Notes: generated from the letters alone by a model not told the origin. A DNA stretch of 63,954 nucleotides, filler included, from Thraustochytrium aureum (GCA_012862495.1; 7 parts of 6 records of this genome joined end to end with filler, not necessarily neighbours in it); one strand, 5' to 3'; positions 46,784 through 58,200 are shown, numbered from the whole stretch's first letter. Translations and numbers: made by a program.

Positions 46784-48138
46784 ATGGGCTTCGGGTACGA
46801 CGACGCCGTGCTGCTCTGCTCGCCGCTCCAAAGCCAAAGCACTTGTAATGCGGAGGATAGCTGCCTCTGGGATCCGGGCGATGGCACATGTAGAGCGTCC
46901 GACTGGGTGAGGTTTTGCTCCTACGCGAACACGGTGGCCGACCCTGAAACGGAATGCAAGAAAAGCTTTCACTGCCAGTACACGCGAGTCGGTGGCCAAG
47001 ATGGCGTCTGTACCACAGCGCCGCGGCCTGCTGGCTGGGTCTGCGAGGCGCCGGCTTTCTTCAATGGTGGATGCGACTGCGGGTGCGGGGTGCGTGACCC
47101 TGACTGTTTTACTGGCGGGAGTCCATGTATTCATGCGGTCCGTGGGACCGCAATGTCGACGTCGAACTCGTTTGCGACTACGAGACGAACTCATGCGTGT
47201 CGAAAGCTCCAACCCCCGGTCCGTCTAGATCTCCGACCCGCGGACCGTCGTCAAGGCCGACCTCGGTGCCCAGCGCCTCGCCAACAACTACGCCGACGAG
47301 CGCGCCTAGCCACACTCCGAGCAAGACGCCAAGTGAGGCCCCCGCTGGGTCGACGCTGAGCCCGTCTAGTTTGTCGACGATCATGCCCAGCTCGGCGCCG
47401 AGCTTGGAACGCACTTTGGCGCCGAGCTTGGAACCCACTTTGGCGCCGAGTTTGGCTCCTTCTGCTCAGCCCAAGGTCTTTACTGGAGCCCAGGCAGGGG
47501 GGGAGCCAGCGCAGCTGAGTAGCGTTGGACTGGCGGCTTTGGGAGGGCTCGTCGCTTTGTTCGTCGTGGGGGCGCTTGTTGTACTCGGATGGTGGCGCAA
47601 GCGCAAAGGCCCCGTTCCCGTGGCGCACCCCTTGTATTTGATAGAGCCAACAGAGCCAGTCGCGATCCTGGCCACGGCCCAGCATGCGAGACTGGCTCGC
47701 GCAATACAGGGCTCCTTGAGTCAGCGGAGCGTGACGAGTCAGATTGAGCCTTCGAGAGAGAGAGGCGGCGTATCCGCCATCGAGCGCGCACAGCTTGCGC
47801 TGGTACTGTTTTCGTCTGCGCGCGAGCTAGAGGATGAGGGTTTCCGCGCGATGATGCAAGAGCTGCGAGCCCGGGCCGACGATGAGACCTTGCGCATTTT
47901 CCCAGTCTATCTCACTGCGTTCGAGCCGCTCGAAACTGCCGTTCGCGCTTCGGAGCACGCGGAAGCAGCGTCCTGGTTGTTTCGCGGCGTTACTGGGTGG
48001 GAGGCAGATCTCTTCGCGACGCCCAGCCTCAGCGACATGGTGGCCAAAGCCGTGGAGACGTTTTTTGCGTGCGGAGTGATTCCCGACATCAAAGATACCT
48101 ACGTGCTTTTCCACCGGGTTGAAGAAGATCCAGTCTAG
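46784..48138 (+). CDS. Receptor 7: type B Cys-rich ectodomain - stalk - TM - VTGWEA TIR-like domain; frameshift near 47120
   Basis: CNAEDSCLWDP, RPAGWVC, CDCGCGVRDPDC; APSLEPTL repeats; TM LAALGGLVALFVVGALVVLGWW followed by RKRK; PVAILAT...MMQELR...IFPVYL...WLFRGVTGWEA. Confidence 0.78.
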
Positions 48139-48684
48139 TAGAGCTCCAGGGCACCCCCGAGTACTCCGTACCTCGCAGTACAGATCACAGGCTCCCACTC
48201 TCGACGATGTAGCTGTTGACGATCATGATGGGGCCCATGGTCATCATCATCACCGGTGCCTCGTTCTCGCACTGGCAGGCAAACGATTTTGACACTTGAC
48301 TTTCGTTCGCTGTTCGCCGATTCCGCGACCGCCTTGAATGACGACGGCCGGCAGCCGTCGGTCGTGCCAATCGACGGACGCCGTCCGACTCGAACCATCG
48401 TGCCGAAGCGCACCTGAACTCGATTTCGGATCCGCGAGGCTTGGTTCAAGAGTCATGGACAAAGGCACACTCCTGCGCAACTCCAGCGTGCTTTTTTTAN
48501 CCCGCGCCGATGCAAGTACTTGCACCACCATCATGGTACTAGTAGAGTACTCGCATGTTGGCAGCCCGGGCAGAGCACGAACAGCAGCACGAACAGCAGC
48601 ACGAACAGCAGCTCGCGTTTACGAGCCGCGGTTGTGGCGGCACTGAACGGAACATCGCTTTGGGACTTGGCGCTGTTGGCAAGA

Positions 48685-48809
48685 ATGGACGAGGCCGGGG
48701 CAACGGGCGTTTTGCGCGAGCGCCCAGCTGCAGAGCGAGGCCACCTGCAACGCCGAGCAAACGTGCCTCTGGGACCCCGCATGATGAGGTTTGCCGGCTG
48801 TCGGCATGG
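48685..48809 (+). CDS. Receptor 8: 5' fragment of a type B ectodomain gene, cut off by the scaffold end
   Basis: Near-identical (inverted) to 36130-36255. Reads MDEAGAT-AFCASAQLQSEATCNAEQTCLWDP-HDEVCR after removing two homopolymer insertions. Confidence 0.6.
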
Positions 48810-48853
48810 NNNNNNNNNNNNNNNNNNNNNNNNNNNNNNNNNNNNNNNNNNNN

Positions 48854-48865
48854 TTAATTAATTAA
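48854..48865. other. Artificial contig spacer
   Basis: N-flanked TTAATTAATTAA. Confidence 0.97.
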
Positions 48866-48909
48866 NNNNNNNNNNNNNNNNNNNNNNNNNNNNNNNNNNN
48901 NNNNNNNNN

Positions 48910-51418
48910 GTTCACGTTGAACAGCCGGAGCGCGTCGAGCTTGCGACGCGACATAATCGCGAGCAGCTGGCCATCGTGGTTAAAGGTGACATGGTCGACC
49001 GCTGTTGTCAAGTTCATGATTGCCTTGAGCGGCTCGGGCGTCGTGCTGGCCTGCGTCGCGCGGATATCGTAGAGGTTGACAACGCCGTTGGTCGAACCAA
49101 CAGCCAGGCGCCTGTTGTCCGAGGACACCGCGATGGACCGCGTGTTGATCGAGCCTTGGTCCCGGAACTTGTGCAGCAGAGTACGCATGCGCATGTCCCA
49201 GCAGTACACGTTGCCGCTCGCGCCGCTCGAGTAGGCGTAGAGGCCGTCTTGCGAGAAGGTGGAGCACGAGCCGCGCTCATTCATTTTGAGGCTGCCGACC
49301 AACTGCTTGGTCTGCTGCGAAACAAGCAGCAGGTTGCCGTCGTAGCCGAGAAATCCGAGCATCGACCCGTCAGGGGCGATCGACATGGACTCGAAGCTCT
49401 TTTCAGCCCGCCCTTGCACTCCAGGGATCTTGCCAGCGGCGCCAGACTCGAGGTCGATCCAGTAAAAGAATGGGCGGCGCCCGGAGCAGATGATCTGCTC
49501 GTGTGCACGTCCAGCGAACCCGGCCGAAAAGACGGGCATGTCGCGCAGAAACACCGATTCGATCTTGGAATTGCGCTTGCCGTCGACCTGGAACACGCGG
49601 ACGGTCTTGTCCATGCCAGCTGTGAGCATAAGGAGCCCGTTCTTGTGCCAGTCGATTGTCTGCACAACGGCCTTGGAGGGGCCGCTCTGGTTGGCATCGT
49701 TTAGCCTTGACAGCGAGAGCTTGCCTGGCGGGATCGTCTCGTAAGCCGAGTTGCTCTTCGTGAGGCCCTCGCTGGACCGCAGGAGGGCGTTGACCTCGGC
49801 CTGCTCCGCCTCGTCCTCGCTGTCCTCGTTCTCCTCTTCGTCGCGGCCAGCTTGCTGAAGCGCAGCGGATGCCCAGCCGACGCGGTCGACCATCTTGGAC
49901 CGCTGCTCCCGAAGGCGTTGCACAAACTCGCGCCCCGAGACCTTGGCTTCGCCGTCCGTCTTGCGCAGCTTGCGCAGGCGGTGCACCTTGCTAAGGTCGA
50001 CCTGGACGGCGTCGTCGTCGTCGTCAACCCAGGCTGCGCCGTCCTGTGCCTTGGAGGCCCGGCCCTCGCCCACTCCCGCAGCCTCGCCGTCGCTCTCGCC
50101 GTCAGAGTCCGAGCCGCTGTCGCCCTTGTCCTCAAAGAAGAGCGAGCCGCCGTTCGGCCCTTCTGGGCGCTGGCGCTTCTTGGAGCTGACGGCAGCAAAA
50201 CCGTCCCGAAGGGTCTTTGCGCTTGTGAGGTCGCCGAAGAGAGCCCTTTCGAGTGCTTGCTCCTCGTCGTCCGCGGGCTCTTCGTCGCTCTCGTCGTCCG
50301 AGTTTTCTGCGGCACCGCCATCCATTTCAGCGTCGGCGTCCGCGTCGGCGTCCACGTCGGCCTCCTCTTCCTCGTCCGCGGACTCTTGCGCAGCAGGGGC
50401 CTTTTTGCGGCCCGACGAGGCCGCCTGCGTGGCAGAGATGCTGGCAATCATCGCTGCGAGCGGGTCTTCTTGCTCAGCTTCGCCTTCCTCGCTCATTTCA
50501 TCCCCGCTGGATGCGCTCTCGCTCTCGCTCTCGCTCTCGCTCGGGGGTTTGGCTTGCTTTTTCGAGGGACCTTTTCGCGACAGGCTCGCTCGACTCTGCC
50601 TCGCTACCGTCGGCGGCGCCCTCGGAGGGCTTGGGGGCGCTCTCCAGCTCTTCGGGTAGCTCTTCAGGGGCCCGGTCGCTCTCTTGGTCAACTTTAGGCG
50701 CACTATCGTCATCAGTCGACTCCTCGTTGGCTGCTTGCTCGATGGCTTGAGCAAGAGTCCTTCCGCGAGCGGCGTTCGGGGCCAGGCTCTCGTCGTCCGT
50801 GTCGACATCGACGTTCGGGTNNNNNNNNNNNNNNNNNNNNNNNNNNNNNNNNNNNNNNNNNNNNNNNNNNNNNNNNNNNNNNNNNNNNNNNNNNNNNNNN
50901 NNNNNNNNNNNNNNNNNNNNNNNNNNNNNNNNNNNNNNNNNNNNNNNNNNNNNNNNNNNNNNNNNNNNNNNNNNNNNNNNNNNNNNNNNNNNNNNNNNNN
51001 NNNNNNNNNNNNNNNNNNNNNNNNNNNNNNNNNNNNNNNNNNNNNNNNNNNNNNNNNNNNNNNNNNNNNNNNNNNNNNNNNNNNNNNNNNNNNNNNNNNN
51101 NNNNNNNNNNNNNNNNNNNNNNNNNNNNNNNNNNNNNNNNNNNNNNNNNNNNNNNNNNNNNNNNNNNNNNNNNNNNNNNNNNNNNNNNNNNNNNNNNNNN
51201 NNNNNNNNNNNNNNNNNNNNNNNNNNNNNNNNNNNNNNNNNNNNNNNNNNNNNNNTCGGCGTCCGCGGCACTGGCGTTTTCGCCAGGGCTTTCGCCTTGG
51301 CCGCCTTGGGCGTCTTGGCGGCCGCTGCGCGCCTCGTCATCGGCGCGGCGCCTTCATCGCCAGTGGTATCCTCGTCAACCGTCGCCTCGCTCCTCGTGCG
51401 CCTCCTCGTCAGCACCAT
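48910..51418 (-). CDS. UTP18: U3 snoRNA-associated protein 18 (WD40), 3' truncated, with gap and frameshift in the low-complexity N-terminus
   Basis: LERALFGD, AAWVDDDDD..VDL...RLRKLRK...SGREFVQRLREQ, LNDAN, VFQVDGKRNSKI, SGRRPFFY and WD repeats. Confidence 0.88.
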
Positions 51419-51591
51419 CTTCCTGCCTCCACGCAGCGCAGCTTCGCGTCAAACCAACGCGGGGAAAGGCCCAAAAGCAACCAAGCCAAGCCCCAACGCA
51501 AAGACGCCGAGACCAAACCGAACCAGCGCGAGGGCGCCAGGAAAGCCCCAATGCCGCACGCCACGCAAACGCTCGAGGTCCTCCACCGCGC

Positions 51592-51592
<1 letters not shown>

Positions 51593-51623
<31 letters not shown>
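51593..51623 (+). repeat. (CTG)n microsatellite
   Basis: About 10 CTG units; another run ends a contig at about 59097-59119. Confidence 0.9.
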
Positions 51624-51625
<2 letters not shown>

Positions 51626-52040
51626 GTTGCGCTCGCCCCGTTCGCGCACTGCTGCTGCTCCATCATGGCGCTGCCAACCATTCGGCAGCCGCTCCAGCGA
51701 AACTCGCGCGCACTCTCGCGCACCCCAGTTTAATTAATCGGAACTCGCGCCAATTTGTGCGCTCGTTTCGCTGTATAGTAGGCACAGACCACCGGCGAAT
51801 ACCGGGTAAATAAATAACGTTATTTATATTTAAATTGTGCCGATTAGTAGGGGTAAGGTTTTAGGGGGTAGCTGGGGTAATGATAGGACAAGGTGCATGT
51901 GGTGATGGTGGTGGCCGATGTCGCCCATGGCAGATGCGCAAGGCACTCTGACGCGGGACAGGGCCTCGGCGCCGTCCACTTGCGTGGACGTGATTCTGGC
52001 CTCGGGGCGTTTCGGGTGCCTCGCGTGGCGGCCCAGAGTA

Positions 52041-52601
52041 ATGGCGGCTCCGGCGAACAAGTATGCGGAAAGGCTGGCCCTTGTGGTTGTGGGCGCCCTT
52101 GTTGGGGCCTGCTTTGCTGGGTCGCTCGCCGGAGCTCCAGCCGCGGACTTGGGCGCCTCGGATAGAGACGAAGAAGAAGAGACGCTGCGGGTCGTGCTAG
52201 AGTTTTTGGAAGCGCAATCGCAGAGGGACTTGGATAAGATGTGCGAGCTCGTGACTGAGGATGTGGTGTACATCAACGAGCCGCACCCACCCGAGCGCAC
52301 TGTACGCGGCAAGGAGCTGTTTCGCGAGGCGTTTGCCATGTCACCGTGCATATGGGGCGACGAGGCCGACCTCCAGGTCCTGCGGTACTCGTGCACGGAG
52401 GACACGGTGTTCGTGGAGCGCCTTGACCGTTTCAAGGTAGAAGGGACGTGGATCGAGATCCCGATTTGCGGGTACTTGAGGGTGCGGGGCGGGCGCGTCG
52501 CGCTCTGGAAAGACTATTGGGACTACGCCAAGTACAAGTCGTTTGTGATGGCAAAGTTCGGCCCCGAGTTTTCGCTCATGCGACGGACGAAACCGAGCTG
52601 A
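52041..52601 (+). CDS. Limonene-1,2-epoxide hydrolase / SnoaL-like (NTF2 fold) protein with N-terminal signal or anchor
   Basis: LVTEDVVYIN, TVFVERLDRF and IPICGYLRVRGGRVALWKDYWD match the LEH pattern (ERxD ... WxDYxD). Hydrophobic N-terminus LALVVVGALVGACFAGSLA. Confidence 0.78.
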   Translation: MAAPANKYAERLALVVVGALVGACFAGSLAGAPAADLGASDRDEEEETLRVVLEFLEAQSQRDLDKMCELVTEDVVYINEPHPPERTVRGKELFREAFAMSPCIWGDEADLQVLRYSCTEDTVFVERLDRFKVEGTWIEIPICGYLRVRGGRVALWKDYWDYAKYKSFVMAKFGPEFSLMRRTKPS

Positions 52602-53162
52602 AGGAGCGGACTCGAAGGTCGGGACGGCGAACGAACTCTCTTCTTGGGGCTCCAAGGGCGCCACTGAAGGAGGCGACGCTCCGAGTTGGCCGGGGCCCAT
52701 CGCTCATTCGGTGCGTGCAGATTGGCCAAAGTTGGTGCGGCTCACGATTGAAAGCAACAAAACAGCCGAGCTCCCAGGCGCACCGCTGCCATGGGCGGCT
52801 CAGCTAGTGCGCCGGACACGATTTCGCGCGTTTGGCGAGGGGCAGCAGCGGCCCGAGCGTTGAAGTGTTGGTAGTTGATTGTTTTTGTTGTTTTATTGCT
52901 CTCGCTCCTGGTCTGAAAAGAAGAGAGGCCTGCGCCCTGACAAAGCGCCTGCCTGTCTCCAGAGAAGGTCGCCTACGTCTTAAGAAAGAAACGTCAGGGG
53001 GGGTTCCCACGGTCAAATGCTCCCGGGGCCCGAAAGGTTTCGCCTGGGCCGCCGAAGCGCAGGGCATCCAGAACTGCTGCACAATCCTCTCCGCTCGGCC
53101 TGCGCACGCCGTGCTCGCCAGCGTGCGTCAAGGCCTGCTTCAAGCTAGTCCGACATTCCCTT

Positions 53163-53976
53163 TTACTTGCCCCCGGCAGCCTCCTGTGTCTCCTCGTTGT
53201 CGTTCATCTGCTCGACGATCCACTCGAGGCCGGCCTCGAGGCCCTCGCCGGTCTTGGCCGAGCAGGACTGGATCTGGAAGGCGCGCTCGTCACTGAGGCC
53301 GAGGGCATCGGTCACGTCGGCGGCGCTCATGGCACTGAGCAGGTCCTGCTTGTTNNNNNNNNNNNNNNNNNNNNNNNNNNNNNNNNNNNNNNNNNNNNNN
53401 NNNNNNNNNNNNNNNNNNNNNNNNNNNNNNNNNNNNNNNNNNNNNNNNNNNNNNNNNNNNNNNNNNNNNNNNNNNNNNNNNNNNNNNNNNNNNNNNNNNN
53501 NNNNNNNNNNNNNNNNNNNNNNNNNNNNNNNNNNNNNNNNNNNNNNNNNNNNNNNNNNNNNNNACGTCGGCGGCGCTCATGGCACTGAGCAGGTCCTGCT
53601 TGTTGGCGAAAACCAGCAGCGGGACGCCGGAGAGCTTGGTCTCCTTGAGCAAGCTGCCGAGCTCCTCGGCGCACTCGTCGAGGCGGGCTGTATCGGCGCT
53701 GTCCACAACGTAGATGAGCGCATCCGTGTTGTCGTAATAGTTGCGCCAATACGGGCGGATGGTCTTCTGGCCACCGATGTCCCACACGTTGAGCTTGAAC
53801 CCGGCAGTCTGGAGCGACTTGATGTTGAAGCCTTGCGTGGGCATAATGTTGTCAATGTCCTCGGACGAGAGCTTCTTCAGGATGGTGGTCTTGCCGGCGT
53901 TGTCGAGGCCGAGCACGAGAACACGCGCCTCGTTGTCCGAGCGCTTGAGCTTGCGAAGCATGTTGAGAAGGCCCAT
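53163..53976 (-). CDS. ARL3: ADP-ribosylation factor-like 3 small GTPase (interrupted by a false gap)
   Basis: [44 protein letters not shown] and FANKQDL. The C-terminus [19 protein letters not shown]...GGK* lies left of the gap. Confidence 0.92.
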
Positions 53977-55172
53977 CTTGTCGAGCTATTTGTTTGTGTC
54001 TGCACTCAGCAGGCTGTCAGCGCCCAGCTCTTGCGATACGCAAGCCTCGCTCCTCCTCGCTACACTTCTGGCGGTCTCCTGGTCGCCTTCACTCACCTTC
54101 AACGCACTGTTCGCCCCGATGCGCCGCCTTGCTCCTGGTCTTGCTGCTGCTGCTTGCTGCCGCGTGTCGCACTGCTGCTCGGTTGGTGCTCTGGAGGACG
54201 GCCACGAAAGGATGCGTTGAGTGTCTGGCGGGCAGTCTGATTCTGGCGGTCGTGGTATGCAATAGCACGGCGCTTGCGGCCCGTTTCACTTTGTCCCAGA
54301 GGCAAAGCGCCTCACTCTCACAAATCCTCCTCTAAGGCACGCGGGGCGCAACCGATAGCTCGGGGCGAAAATTTGAGCGGCAGACAAGCTGACAAGACAG
54401 CGAGCAGGCAAGCGGAACAGACAGGCAGCGGCCACAGAGCATGCAAGCAACTTTCTTTCGGCAAACTCCCTGCAACTTGCCGCCTCAGCGCATCCGCACT
54501 TCTCGCGCTGCCCGCGCTCTCAGCGGCAGCCCTGCGTCAGTTTCACTTTCCAACCTCATTCTCCCACCAGAGAGAAGGCACGAAGCAGGACTTGCCAATC
54601 AAGTGCATGTTTATGAGTAGAGGTAGAGTAGCCCAAGCCACCCAAAAAAAACGCGCATTCCGAAACGTCCATCCCTTGGCGCAGCAAACGGCGCCGACGA
54701 ACGACCGCCATCCACGCCGCCTCGGAAACGTTTCGCTGCCGCTCCGAGCCCGAACGCCTAGCGCAACGATCTCCGCCCACTCGCTGCCGCAGGCCGGCCT
54801 TCCTCCCCGCCTGGCCTGCCTGCGGCGTGCATGCAAAACCGACTTGCCAACTTACCAACGGATCTATCCCAAGACCAACGCCACCGAAACCCGGGAGCGA
54901 ACCCGGCGCAGGGCGCGCAGGCAGGCCGCTCGCAGGCCCTCCTGCCGCTGCCCACTCGCGCGCCTCACTGTTCAACCGGCATCTGCAGGCCAGCCTGGCT
55001 GCCAGGCGCCCAGCCAGCAGAGCGGCAGCACCATTCAACACCGCCAACGGACACCTCCGCGACGACGGTTACTTGCACGGCCGGCGCAACCTAACCCGCA
55101 GGTCAGGGTCAGCGCAGGGTCGGTCGCANNNNNNNNNNNNNNNNNNNNNNNNNNNNNNNNNNNNNNNNNNNN

Positions 55173-55184
55173 TTAATTAATTAA
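55173..55184. other. Artificial contig spacer
   Basis: N-flanked TTAATTAATTAA. Confidence 0.97.
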
Positions 55185-55228
55185 NNNNNNNNNNNNNNNN
55201 NNNNNNNNNNNNNNNNNNNNNNNNNNNN

Positions 55229-58200
55229 ACGTCCAAGTCGACGAGGAGGTGCAAGCCGGTTTGGCAAGTCCTCGCTGGTGTGCTGCACCTTGGCAACGTC
55301 GAAATCGCCGCAGGAAAGACAGGGGAGGCGGTTGTGCGCGGCTCGGGGAGCTCTGCGCCGTTGGCGCGCGCTTCCGCGCTGTGGGGCCTGGCAAACGCCA
55401 AGGACTTGCAGCAACTGTTCTGCGAGCGGCCGATCACGGTTGGGCATGACGTGACCCACGCGCAGCTCTCCGAGGTCCAGGCGATCAAGGCCCGCGACGC
55501 GATTGCCAAAGACGTGTACGCGCGCCTGTTTGACTGGCTCCAAGAGAGGATCAACAGCAGCGTGGACCCCTCGTTCAACCCCGACGAGCCCCGCTCTTCC
55601 AACGTGCCTCACTTTGTGGGCGTCTTGGACATCTTTGGCTTCGAGAGCTTTGAGCGGAACGACCTGGAGCAGCTGCTGATCAACTACGCGAACGAGCGCC
55701 TGCAGGCCAGCTTCAACCACCACGTACTGCAGAACGAGGCCGACTTGTACATGCGCGAGGGCCTGATGCTAGTGTCAAAGATGAATCAGCGCGGGGGGTC
55801 CTTTAGCAGCGTTGCAGCGCGGCAAACTCGCGTCAGCAGCTCGGCGCAGAGCCGCGCTGTCGTCACGGTCGACATGATACAGCAGATTCTCAGGATGATC
55901 GACACCGAGGCGGAAAACGTCAAGGCCAGCGACGAGTCGCTCAACAAACGGATCCATGACGAGTTCTCCAACAACCGAGGGTTCAAACAGGTTCACCCCA
56001 GCAAGCGCCGCGTCTGCTTCACGGTGATGCACTTTGCCGGCGCAGTCACGTACACAGTGGGCAACTTCTTGGAGAAGAACCATGACTCGCTCCCCAAAGC
56101 CACGGCCGGGGTGCTCGCCCGATCGAAGAACGACCTGATCTGCGAGCTGATCGCGATCGCCTCGAGGTCCTCCATGGCGGCCTCCGGCGACAGCAAACCT
56201 GGCGCCAAGCCGCGACGAGGGATCGCTAAGAGTAAATCGGCCAAAGCCATGGAGAACAAGCGCAGCGTCGCGACGAAATTCGTCGAGCAGATGGAGCAGC
56301 TCACCCAAACCCTGGACGAGACCAACTGCTCCTTTGTGCGCTGCATCAAGCCCAACCCACTGATGCGCCGCGCGGCGCCAGGCTCGCCAGACGCGTCGGG
56401 TCGCCCGTGGTTCGATCGCAGGTATGTGTGCTCGCAGCTCAAGAGCCTTGGCATCACGCAGGCTGCCCAAACCCTGCGCGACGGCCTCCCAGTGCGCCTG
56501 TCCTTCGACGAGGTGCTCGTGCTTTTCGAGCCGCTCATCAACGGCTGCGTGGAGCGGGTCTTCCTCTCGCACGGCGAGAGCAAGCCGCATCGCTTTGTGA
56601 TGGCTGTTCTCTTCGCGTTCAAAGTGCCGCTCTCTTCTGTGAAACTAGGCATGACCAAGGTATTCTTGCACACGAGCGTGATTGAAAAGCTCGAAACTGC
56701 CATCGTCAAGGTGGACCGCTGGAGCGACACGGGGGGCTCGGATGGCGCGGCGCACGAGATCGCCTCGTTTGCGCGCAAGTTTTCGTCCTTCATGATCCGT
56801 ATCCGCTGGCGACGCGCAATTCTCGCGGTGATCTTCGCCAACTCGCTTGCCCGCGTGACGAGCAGGGCCCGCAACGCCCACGTGGCGGCCACCAAGATCC
56901 AGCAGCTGGGCCGGGGCTATTTGCGCCGGGCGGAGCTCGGACGCCTCAGGGCCGCGGCGATCATGGGCCAGAAGCTGTTCCGTGGCGGCCAGGGCCGTGC
57001 GGTCGCGCTCGAGCTCGTCGACGAGCGGCAGGCGGAGATGGCTGAAGCCATGCAAAAGGAGAACGCAGCACGAGCGAAGGAAGCAGAGAGGGCCCGCGAA
57101 GAGGCCGCCGCCGCCGCCGCCGCAGCTGACGCCGCACCCGATGAGGAGGTAGCAAGCACCAAAGAAGCGCCCAAAGGTCGAGCAGATCTCGAGGAAACAT
57201 CCGAGTCAAAGTCGGAGGGGGGCAAGGACAAGAACGCAAACCAGGACGAGTCGCCGCGGTCCAAGCAACGCGGGAAGAACGCTGGTGCAAAAGCTGGCAA
57301 GCGCTCTGGCCCGAAGAACCGGAGCGATCCCGGCAGTGGCTCGAGCGAAGTGAGCGAGCCTTTTGAGCGGATCCGCAAGCGCTCCATGGCGCCGCAGCAC
57401 TTTGACGCGCAGCGATTCGCTCTTGCGATGGAAGATGTGGAACAGAAGGAGGAAGTAGCCCAAGCAAAGGTCAAGAAATCGTACGCGAAGGTCAAGGCCG
57501 AGCTGGAGCACGACCAGGAAGGCGGGGACAGGTCGCCATGGATGGCAAGAGCCGGCTGTCGACGGCAGATGCAGACTCCTCGTACGAAGCGTCCTCAGAG
57601 TCGGCCGCCTCCGGCCGTCGCCGAGGGAACGACAAGTCGGCTGCTAGTGCTTCGCCTGCTGCCGAGCCGGAGAGCAAGTGCATGACCGCCTTGGCGAGCA
57701 AGCTGGCGGTCCGATCGCGCTCAAACTGGAAGCGGCGCTATTTTGTCCTCAACTTGATGGACCGCACCGTGTCGTACTTTGTGCAAAAGGGGGGCAAGCC
57801 GCAGCAGAAAAAGATCGGCATGTTCCGCATCAACCCGCCGGACTACCTTCCGCCGCCCCAGGTTCCTGGCGTCGCATGACGCNNNNNNNNNNNNNNNNNN
57901 NNNNNNNNNNNNNNNNNNNNNNNNNNNNNNNNNNNNNNNNNNNNNNNNNNNNNNNNNNNNNNNNNNNNNNNNNNNNNNNNNNNNNNNNNNNNNNNNNNNN
58001 NNNNNNNNNNNNNNNNNNNNNNNNNNNNNNNNNNNNNNNNNNNNNNNNNNNNNNNNNNNNNNNNNNNNNNNNNNNNNNNNNNNNNNNNNNNNNNNNNNNN
58101 NNNNNNNNNNNNNNNNNNNNNNNNNNNNNNNNNNNNNNNNNNNNNNNNNNNNNNNNNNNNNNNNNNNNNNNNNNNNNNNNNAACTCGGCCGGCAAGTACG

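Noticed and set aside
54274..55128. Long ORFs upstream of ARL3 and the many antisense or overlapping ORFs in the track
   Set aside because: Arg/Ala/Pro-rich shadow ORFs are expected in high-GC DNA and show no domain motifs.
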